Assembly (NCBI GenBank): GCA_900553415.1
Contig: USDH01000001.1
Coordinates: 1 to 48,408, forward strand
Reading direction: 5' to 3'
DNA length: 48,408 bases
Source: an uncultured Collinsella sp.
GTDB lineage: Bacteria > Actinomycetota > Coriobacteriia > Coriobacteriales > Coriobacteriaceae
Shown here: one piece after another, positions 41,690 through 48,408 of the stretch
Position numbering within the stretch: position 1 is the first letter of the stretch
Layout: every line of letters starts with the position of its first letter
Program-made: the position numbers and the translations under genes
Notes under the pieces: model-generated
The model's database searches: none
Told to the model about the DNA's origin: nothing
The model's input: the letters and a program-made list of their open reading frames with translations, nothing else

Positions 41690-42532
41690 ATGTCCGCCCG
41701 TAAAGCTCGCACGGAGGCGGCCGCCGCTGGCGCCGCCCCCGTTGACTCTGAGGAGAAGGACGTGAAGATTCCCGTAGAGGCCGCAGACGATACCGAGGCC
41801 AACGAGGCCCCGGCCGCCGAGGCTGCCGAGAACCAGGTAGAGGATTCCAACAAGGAGGCGACGATGACCGAGGACGAGATGGTGGAAGCCGCTATCCGCG
41901 CCGGTGAGGAAGCCGCCGACAACGACTTTAAGCTCAAGTTCGAGCAGGCCCAAAAGGAGCTTGCCGACGTGCGCAGCGAGCTCGATGCTGCGGCAGAGGC
42001 TCAGAAGGCTGCCGAGGACAAGGCGAAGGACGCCACCGAGCGCACCGCCCGTTTGCAGGCCGACTGGGAGAACTTCCGTCGCCGCACCGCCAACGAGCGC
42101 ATCGCCGAGCGCGACCGCGCGACTGAGAAGCTTGTCACCGCGCTGTTGCCGGTAATCGACGATATCGAGCGCGCGATCGACCATGCCCGCAGCCAAGAGC
42201 TTGCCGACGACTTTAAGCAGTTCGTCGATGGCGTCGATGCGGTGCATGCCAAGCTGCTCGATGTGTTTGCGCACGAGGGCGTTGAGCCCATCGACCCCAA
42301 GGGCGAGGCGTTCGATCCGCTCGAGCACCAGGCTGTGGGTCGCGTCGAGGACGCATCGCAGTACGACGAGACCGTCAACGACGTGTACCAGAAGGGCTAC
42401 CGCATGGCGGATCGCATCCTGCGTTCCGCGATGGTGACGGTGACCTACGGTGGCGAGAAGCGCCCCGCACCGGAGCCCGAAGCGGCGCCCGAGGATGCTT
42501 CGGCCGATACGGCCGAGAGCACCGAGGAGTAA
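41690..42532 (+). CDS. grpE: Nucleotide exchange factor GrpE
   Basis: RLQADWENFRRR, FDPLEHQAV and QKGY...RILRSAMVTV. Confidence 0.95.
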   Translation: MSARKARTEAAAAGAAPVDSEEKDVKIPVEAADDTEANEAPAAEAAENQVEDSNKEATMTEDEMVEAAIRAGEEAADNDFKLKFEQAQKELADVRSELDAAAEAQKAAEDKAKDATERTARLQADWENFRRRTANERIAERDRATEKLVTALLPVIDDIERAIDHARSQELADDFKQFVDGVDAVHAKLLDVFAHEGVEPIDPKGEAFDPLEHQAVGRVEDASQYDETVNDVYQKGYRMADRILRSAMVTVTYGGEKRPAPEPEAAPEDASADTAESTEE

Positions 42533-42536
42533 TTGA

Positions 42537-42570
42537 GAAGGGCCCCGGGGCAACACCCGGGGCCCTTTCT
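42537..42570 (+). terminator. Hairpin or partial terminator between grpE and dnaJ
   Basis: GGGCCCCGGG / CCCGGGGCCC stem followed by a short TTTCT. Confidence 0.55.
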
Positions 42571-42639
42571 GGCCTAGTGCCATATGAAAGCATGAGCCGC
42601 CGCCCGCTGGGCGGCGGATGAAACAGGAGAGGAGCTACG

Positions 42640-43605
42640 ATGGCTGCAGGCAAAACCTTCTATGACATCCTGGGCGTATCCAAGAGCGCCTCCGACAAAG
42701 AGATCAAGAGCGCGTTTCGCAAGCTCGCGCAAAAATATCACCCCGATGCCGGCGGCGACGAGGCCAAGTTCAAGGAGATCAGCGAGGCCTACGAGACGCT
42801 TTCGGACGAGAAGAAGCGCAAAGAGTACGACCAGATGCTCATGTTTGGCGGCATGCCGGGCGCGGGCGGCGCATATGGCGGCGGCTACGGTGCCGGCGCG
42901 GGCGCCAGCGGCTGGGGCGACATCTTCGACAGCATCTTTAGCGGCAACGGCGCCTGGGGCAGCGATTGGGGCTCGGGCTTTGCCGGGGCTGCGGGCGCTG
43001 CCGCTGCCGGCGCGGGTCGCAGCCGCGCTCGCAAGGGCGGCGACCTGTCGCTGACCGTCGATGTTTCGGCCGAGGACGCGTTTCGCGGCGTGACGCACAA
43101 GGTCACCTATCGCATTCCCTCGACAGGCGAGCAGCAGACCATCACGGTCTCGGTGCCCGCGGGCGCGGTCGATGGCGGCAAGCTACGCTACAAGCGTCGC
43201 GGCGAGTATGGCGTTGCGGGTGGCGAGCGCGGCGACCTGGTCGTGACCACGCATGTGGAGGAGCACCCGCTGTTCAAGCGCAAAGGCGCCGACGTGACCA
43301 TGGAGGTACCGGTCTCGGTCTACGAGGCGGCGCTCGGCTGCACGGTGGACGTGCCCACACCCGGCGGTGCGACGGTCCGTTTGAAAGTGCCCGCGGGTAC
43401 CCAGACGGGCAAGAAGTTCCGCTTTAAGGAGATGGGAGCGCCCGACGTTAAGCACCGTGGCCGTACGGGCGCGCTGCTCGTCGAGATCAAGGTGCAGGTC
43501 CCCACGAACCTATCCGATGACGAGCGCGATGCCATGACCAAGCTGCGCGAGGCCGACACGCGCGACTATCGCGAGAAGGTCAACCGTTACAAGGCGACGT
43601 ACTAG
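42640..43605 (+). CDS. dnaJ: DnaJ-family chaperone, class B (no zinc finger)
   Basis: J domain with HPD, G/F-rich linker and DnaJ_C; no CxxCxGxG repeats. Confidence 0.9.
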   Translation: MAAGKTFYDILGVSKSASDKEIKSAFRKLAQKYHPDAGGDEAKFKEISEAYETLSDEKKRKEYDQMLMFGGMPGAGGAYGGGYGAGAGASGWGDIFDSIFSGNGAWGSDWGSGFAGAAGAAAAGAGRSRARKGGDLSLTVDVSAEDAFRGVTHKVTYRIPSTGEQQTITVSVPAGAVDGGKLRYKRRGEYGVAGGERGDLVVTTHVEEHPLFKRKGADVTMEVPVSVYEAALGCTVDVPTPGGATVRLKVPAGTQTGKKFRFKEMGAPDVKHRGRTGALLVEIKVQVPTNLSDDERDAMTKLREADTRDYREKVNRYKATY

Positions 43606-43677
43606 GGCGGTCGCGGCGCGCGCCCGCGCCCGCGGGCTTATGATGGACGATAACGAGACGGAAAGGGGTCAGGTAGC

Positions 43678-44094
43678 ATGGCCGAGGACAATAGGAACAA
43701 ACCGCTGTACATGATCAGCGTGGCGGCCGAGCTGACCGGCATGCATCCGCAGACTCTGCGCGTCTACGAGTCTAAGGGCCTGGTGAACCCCCAGCGCTCG
43801 GGCGGTAACACACGCCTGTATTCGCGTGCCGATATCGAGCGTCTGGAGCTCATCAACCAGCTGACTGACGAGGGTATCAACCTTGCCGGCGTGGTGCGCA
43901 TTCTCGATATGAAGGAGCGTGCCGAGGAGCGCGAGCGCGAGAACGAGAAGCTCCGCGTTCGCGTGCGCCAGCTCGAGGATGAGCTGCACGAGTACAAGAT
44001 GCAGAAGAAGATCACCGCCCTGGCCCCGCGCGATGGCTCGGTTAACCCCGAGCAAGTCATGCGCAAGCTGCTAGGTACGGGTAGCGACCTATAG
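43678..44094 (+). CDS. hspR: MerR-family heat-shock repressor
   Basis: YMISVAAELTGMHPQTLRVYE and GINLAGV; last gene of the dnaK cluster. Confidence 0.92.
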   Translation: MAEDNRNKPLYMISVAAELTGMHPQTLRVYESKGLVNPQRSGGNTRLYSRADIERLELINQLTDEGINLAGVVRILDMKERAEERERENEKLRVRVRQLEDELHEYKMQKKITALAPRDGSVNPEQVMRKLLGTGSDL

Positions 44095-44110
44095 CTCCGC
44101 CGACGCTGCC

Positions 44111-44145
44111 GGGCACTCATTGGGGACAGACTTAAATGAGTGCCC
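44111..44145 (+). repeat. GGGGAC-loop palindrome
   Basis: GGGCACTCATT-GGGGACAGACTTA-AATGAGTGCCC. Confidence 0.85.
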
Positions 44146-44152
44146 GCAGAAT

Positions 44153-44216
44153 GAGAGTGGATAATCTCCCGTTTTTGGCCTGTTTGCAGGCTCAAAGTGG
44201 GAGATTATCCACTCTC
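44153..44216. repeat. 64-nt inverted-repeat element, copy 2
   Basis: GAGAGTGGATAATCTCCC-N28-GGGAGATTATCCACTCTC. Confidence 0.85.
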
Positions 44217-44380
44217 GTCATTTCGGCGTCTAAGTCTGCCCTCGGCACCCAACTCGTTCTTTACTTTACCTAGATAAAGTGAACGTGCAGATTCGTAACC
44301 CACTCGCAACCGTTCTATGGCACGATATTGAACGAATGTATGCTATGCGCCCAAATCTTTTGGGCAGAGTGGGAGACAGT

Positions 44381-46681
44381 ATGGTCAAGCTGTACGAGGA
44401 CGGCATCTACCTGCGCGGCGGCAGCGAGGTCGTGCCTGCGGCCGAGGCTGCTGAGCGCGGCATTACGAAGACGCCCGAGGATGCCAAGCGCGGAACCATC
44501 GCGTATTCGATCCTCCAAGCACACAATACGTCCGGCGACCCCGAGGCACTCAAGATTCGCTTCGACGCCATGGCGAGCCACGACATCACCTTTGTCGGCA
44601 TCATCCAAACGGCGCGTGCCTCGGGCATGGAGCAGTTCCCGCTGCCCTACGTGCTCACCAACTGCCATAACTCGCTGTGCGCCGTGGGCGGCACCATCAA
44701 CGAGGACGACCACGTCTTTGGCCTCTCGGCTGCCAAGAAGTACGGTGGCATCTTCGTTCCGCCGCATATCGCCGTTATCCACTCCTTTATGCGCGAGAAC
44801 TTTGCCGGTTGCGGCAAGATGATCTTGGGTTCCGACTCGCACACCCGCTACGGCGCTCTGGGCACTATGGCCGTGGGCGAGGGCGGCGGCGAGCTGGCAA
44901 AGCAACTGCTGCGCGACACCTACGACGTCGCCTATCCCGGCGTTGTCGCCATCTACCTCACGGGCGCCCCGCGCCCCGGCGTCGGCCCGCACGACGTTGC
45001 GCTCGCCATCATCCGCGCTGTCTTTGCCAAGGGTTACGTCAAGAACAAGGTCATGGAGTTTGTGGGCCCCGGCATCGCGAGCATGACGACCGATTACCGC
45101 AACGGCGTCGACGTCATGACCACCGAGACCACCTGCCTGTCGAGCATCTGGGCCACTGACGAGGACACGCATGCATTCCTGACCATGCACGGCCGCGGCG
45201 ACGACTACCGCGAGCTCAAGCCCGCCGATGTCGCCTACTACGACGGCTGCGTCGAGGTCGATCTGTCGAGCATCAAGCCCATGATCGCGCTGCCGTTCCA
45301 TCCTTCCAACGGCTTTGAGATCGACGAGCTCAACGAGAACCTCGAGGACATCCTGCACGAGGTCGAGCTCGAGGCCGCCAAGATCGGCGAGGGCAAGACA
45401 CACTTTAGCCTGCTCGACAAGATCGTCGACGGCAAACTGCGCGTGCAGCAGGGCGTTATCGCCGGCTGCTCGGGCGGCAACTACGACTCCGTGGTCCAGG
45501 CTGCCCGCGTGCTCAAGGGCGCCAACACCGGCTGCGGCGAGTTCTCGCTGTCGGTCTATCCCACGAGCCAGCCCGTGGCGCTCGAACTCACGCGCCGTGG
45601 CTACATTTACGACCTTATGGAGGCCGGCGCGATCGTGCGCACGGCGTTCTGCGGCCCGTGCTTTGGCGCCGGCGACACGCCTGCCAACAACGGCCTGTCC
45701 ATCCGCCACACCACGCGCAATTTCCCCAACCGTGAGGGCTCCAAGCCGGGCAATGGCCAGTTGAGCGCCGTGGCTCTGATGGACGCTCGCTCCATTGCGG
45801 CGACGGCTGCCAACGGCGGCGTCCTGACGCCGGCGACCGACCTACCCGAGGAGACTTGGGACGAGGCCTGCGAGTACACCTTCGACGACGCTCCCTACAA
45901 GAAGCGCGTGTACTGGGGCTTTGGCAAGGCTGAGCCCGCCGACGAGCTGGTCGAGGGCCCCAACATCAAGCCGTGGCCCGCGATGGAGCCGCTCGGCGAC
46001 GATATCCTGCTCAAGGTTTGCTCCAAGATCATGGACCCGGTCACTACGACCGACGAGCTCATTCCCTCGGGCGAGACGAGCTCCTTCCGCTCCAACCCGC
46101 TGGGCCTGGCCGAGTTTACGCTGAGCCGCCGCGACCCGGCCTACGTGGGCCGTTCCAAGGAGGTTGACGCGGTAGAAAAGCGCCGCGTGGCCGGCGAGGC
46201 CACGGGCGACCTGGCGGCGCTCGATGCCGAGCTTGCCGGCGTGTTTGAGGCGCTGGCCGGCGCGGGCATCGCGGCCGATGCCAAGGCGACCGAGTATGGC
46301 TCCATGCTCTACGCCAAGAAGCCGGGCGACGGTTCTGCCCGCGAGCAGGCCGCGAGCTGCCAGCGCGTAATTGGCGGCCTGGCCAACATCGTCCACGAGT
46401 ACGCCACCAAGCGCTATCGCTCCAACGTGATGAACTGGGGCATGGTGCCCTTCCAGATGGAGACGGAGCCCAACTTTGAGGTGGGCGACTACGTCTTTGT
46501 GCCGGGTATCCGTGCCGCGCTCGATGGCGACCTCAAGAACATCGCCGCCTACGTGGTGCGCGCCGACGGCACGGTCGAGCAGATTGAGCTTTACATTGCC
46601 GATATGACGGCCGAGGAGCGTGCCATCGTCAAGGCCGGCTGCCTGATCAACTACAACAAGTTCAAGGCCGCTGCCGAGTAA
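44381..46681 (+). CDS. Aconitase-family hydratase (YbhJ-like)
   Basis: [42 protein letters not shown] and GSAREQAA. Confidence 0.9.
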   Translation: MVKLYEDGIYLRGGSEVVPAAEAAERGITKTPEDAKRGTIAYSILQAHNTSGDPEALKIRFDAMASHDITFVGIIQTARASGMEQFPLPYVLTNCHNSLCAVGGTINEDDHVFGLSAAKKYGGIFVPPHIAVIHSFMRENFAGCGKMILGSDSHTRYGALGTMAVGEGGGELAKQLLRDTYDVAYPGVVAIYLTGAPRPGVGPHDVALAIIRAVFAKGYVKNKVMEFVGPGIASMTTDYRNGVDVMTTETTCLSSIWATDEDTHAFLTMHGRGDDYRELKPADVAYYDGCVEVDLSSIKPMIALPFHPSNGFEIDELNENLEDILHEVELEAAKIGEGKTHFSLLDKIVDGKLRVQQGVIAGCSGGNYDSVVQAARVLKGANTGCGEFSLSVYPTSQPVALELTRRGYIYDLMEAGAIVRTAFCGPCFGAGDTPANNGLSIRHTTRNFPNREGSKPGNGQLSAVALMDARSIAATAANGGVLTPATDLPEETWDEACEYTFDDAPYKKRVYWGFGKAEPADELVEGPNIKPWPAMEPLGDDILLKVCSKIMDPVTTTDELIPSGETSSFRSNPLGLAEFTLSRRDPAYVGRSKEVDAVEKRRVAGEATGDLAALDAELAGVFEALAGAGIAADAKATEYGSMLYAKKPGDGSAREQAASCQRVIGGLANIVHEYATKRYRSNVMNWGMVPFQMETEPNFEVGDYVFVPGIRAALDGDLKNIAAYVVRADGTVEQIELYIADMTAEERAIVKAGCLINYNKFKAAAE

Positions 46682-46696
46682 CGCACTTAATTGTCC

Positions 46697-46773
46697 GCCC
46701 GGGGCTTACCCTTTCCCGCCCGCTCACGCGCTTCGCGAGGGTCGCGTTCGGGAAAGGGTAAGCCCCGGGCTAC
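46697..46773. repeat. 22-bp perfect inverted repeat, GTAG-tagged on the minus strand
   Basis: GCCCGGGGCTTACCCTTTCCCG (46697-46718) / CGGGAAAGGGTAAGCCCCGGGC (46749-46770), followed by TAC. Confidence 0.75.
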
Positions 46774-46822
46774 ATTTCGGCGTTCTCGTTGGGTCTTGAG
46801 GGACGCTAAAAAAGACTTGCTT

Positions 46823-46856
46823 GAAGCCGCTTCTCTTAATGGGGCGGCTTCTTTTT
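46823..46856 (+). terminator. Intrinsic terminator after the hydratase
   Basis: GAAGCCGCTTC / GGGGCGGCTTC stem followed by TTTTT. Confidence 0.75.
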
Positions 46857-46863
46857 GTCGAAA

Positions 46864-46898
46864 ACCGCCACAAAGGGGACAAGCGCCTTTGTGGTGGT
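46864..46898 (+). repeat. GGGGAC-loop palindrome
   Basis: ACCGCCACAAA-GGGGACAAGCGCC-TTTGTGGTGGT. Confidence 0.8.
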
Positions 46899-46950
46899 GG
46901 GGCGAGCTCGATATTGCCGCGCTCGTTGAGGGGCAGTTCAATAAATGTCC

Positions 46951-47606
46951 CTACAGGATTTCATCCGGGTTGGCGGGTTTGGTTGTTTTGGGGATGCCGA
47001 GTTTGGAGGACGCGAAATCGTCAACATTGTCCTTAATTCCGTCTTTGGTGTAGACAGTGACCATATAGGTGCTGTGTCCGAATTCGCCCTTGTCGCGTGT
47101 TGCCCAGGCATCCCAGTAGGCGGCCCCGTTTCGCCCTTTGATTTTTCCGACACGGCGGAGTTCTGTTCGCTTTAATTTCTGGTTGCTATAGATGGTTCGG
47201 TGAGCCCGCACTGTCCAAGCATCTTGTCGAGGACTTGGTTCATGTGGCGCTCATCGGTGTTTGGTGCGTAGTCGTAGGCGAGGGTGATGGAGTCGAGTGG
47301 CTGGTCGTCGATTAGATAGTTTAGCGCCTGAGGTCCAAGGCAGAAATAGGGGGAGCATCCGTCGATCTGACCGAGCAGTGGCAACTTTGACTGCCAAATT
47401 CCGGTGGGAATTCCATCTTCGTAAAACACGCCGCGACAGATAAAGGAGAGCGAGGTGGCACGCGAGCCGGCGTCGACCATTCCGCATAAATCGAAGGGCG
47501 AGGTGATACCAAGGGAAAAGGGCGTGATGACGATAAGGAAGAGCATCACGATGGGTATGGCGAGAATGGCGATGACGTTGCGACCGGTGGAATGAGGCGG
47601 CTTCAT
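46951..47606 (-). pseudogene. Membrane-anchored hypothetical gene, probably frameshifted near 47195
   Basis: ORF from ATG 47606 (SD GAGGAG, N-terminal TM) stops at 47172; an overlapping frame continues with protein-like sequence to TAG at 46951. Confidence 0.5.
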
Positions 47607-47716
47607 ATGCGCTCCTCGAGACAAAGATCTGTTGAGGATAGGCAGAAATGGATATGTTCAGAGAACAATTCAAGTTTAATCTCATGGTGCGAGATGGTCG
47701 ACCGTTAGCGTCGAAA

Positions 47717-47751
47717 ACCACCACAAAGGTGCCTGTCCCCTTTGTGGTGGT
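47717..47751 (-). repeat. GGGGAC-loop palindrome, inverted orientation
   Basis: ACCACCACAAA-GGTGCCTGTCCCC-TTTGTGGTGGT; the loop reads GGGGACAGGCACC on the minus strand. Confidence 0.8.
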
Positions 47752-47840
47752 GAGGAGCGCGCGGCTTCTTTTGGTAATAATGCTGGCTGGCGATATCATT
47801 AGTGCAGGTAGCGAAGGTTTGCGTTGCGAGGTGCTTTGCT

Positions 47841-48408
47841 GTGAGAATTCCTGCCCTTATTGGATTGATTGTTTTGGCGCTTGCGATTACCGTGGTTGGC
47901 ATGGGCACTGTCGGCATGGCGTTTCTACCTGCTGCGGTGACGGAGCCGGTGGTCAAGCCTGTGACTCAATCTGTCGAACTTCTGACCGGCGACGACAAGC
48001 CCGAGACCATTACCGTTGATTTTGATGAGCAGCCGGCTGTGCTGGGTATTAGCAATTATCCGCGTATTCAGCTTGGGGCCATGCGCTATACCACGGATAC
48101 AAGCCTGATCGATAGGGCGTCCGAGCTACTCAAGGGCAAAACATTTAAGCGTTGGTACGGATATGCGTCCTATCGGGCAAAAGCGAACGACATGGTTGGC
48201 GGATGCCACTCTTCCATCGAGCTGGACACTGCAAACGGCGCAAAGTTATGTGATGTCTCGTACGATCCGGGCTACGAGGGCAATAAGGGTCCGGGCATCT
48301 ACATCATGGACGGCGATGTCGCCTATGTCATGGAGGGCGACCAGACCGAGCTCAACGATTTTATGGGTCAGTGTATCCAAGATGCCTATAAACAGACCTG
48401 CTTGCCTG
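47841..48408 (+). CDS. Secreted or membrane-anchored hypothetical protein (3' end outside window)
   Basis: GTG at 47841 after GAGGTG; MRIPALIGLIVLALAITVVG... stays open to the window end, so it is absent from the ORF track. Confidence 0.7.
   Translation, partial: MRIPALIGLIVLALAITVVGMGTVGMAFLPAAVTEPVVKPVTQSVELLTGDDKPETITVDFDEQPAVLGISNYPRIQLGAMRYTTDTSLIDRASELLKGKTFKRWYGYASYRAKANDMVGGCHSSIELDTANGAKLCDVSYDPGYEGNKGPGIYIMDGDVAYVMEGDQTELNDFMGQCIQDAYKQTCLP

Noticed and set aside
44101..44113. CGACGCTGCCGGG as a fourth rod element
   Set aside because: Only the 5' motif is similar; the rod and CCCGCTCGCTG end are absent, so it is at most a truncated relic.

Overview
GC-rich bacterial chromosomal window; gene content and codon style suggest an anaerobic gut Coriobacteriia such as Collinsella (inference, not a database result). 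Left to right: tail of a large unknown protein; a tnpA-only IS200/IS605 element; a two-kinase plus frameshifted NarL-type regulator locus; a lipoprotein; a DUF4428-like/Zn-ribbon/SPFH operon; a truncated LuxR HTH; mgtA; pyrE; an XRE-desulfoferrodoxin fusion; an RpiR/GH106-like/AraC/GH1/PTS-EIIA sugar cluster; a lipoprotein; a HAD phosphatase; nikR-hypFCDE; trxA; a degenerate UDG-like gene; a LytTR/GHKL pair; nadABC-niaR; ferredoxin; dnaK-grpE-dnaJ-hspR; an aconitase-family hydratase; and two hypothetical membrane-anchored genes. No rRNA, tRNA or CRISPR array was seen. The least explained signal is intergenic. (1) Three copies of a 114-115 nt rod-shaped hairpin (15175, 17275, 24278) keep the same geometry and loop motifs while their stems are largely rewritten by compensatory changes; two sit inside a 236-238 nt cassette with near-identical ends. 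(2) A family of palindromes with variable arms around a 13-nt RGGGAC loop. (3) Three further fixed-length inverted-repeat families (67, 64 and 46 nt). (4) A ~150-nt multi-stem element with a leader ORF in front of mgtA that does not look like an M-box.
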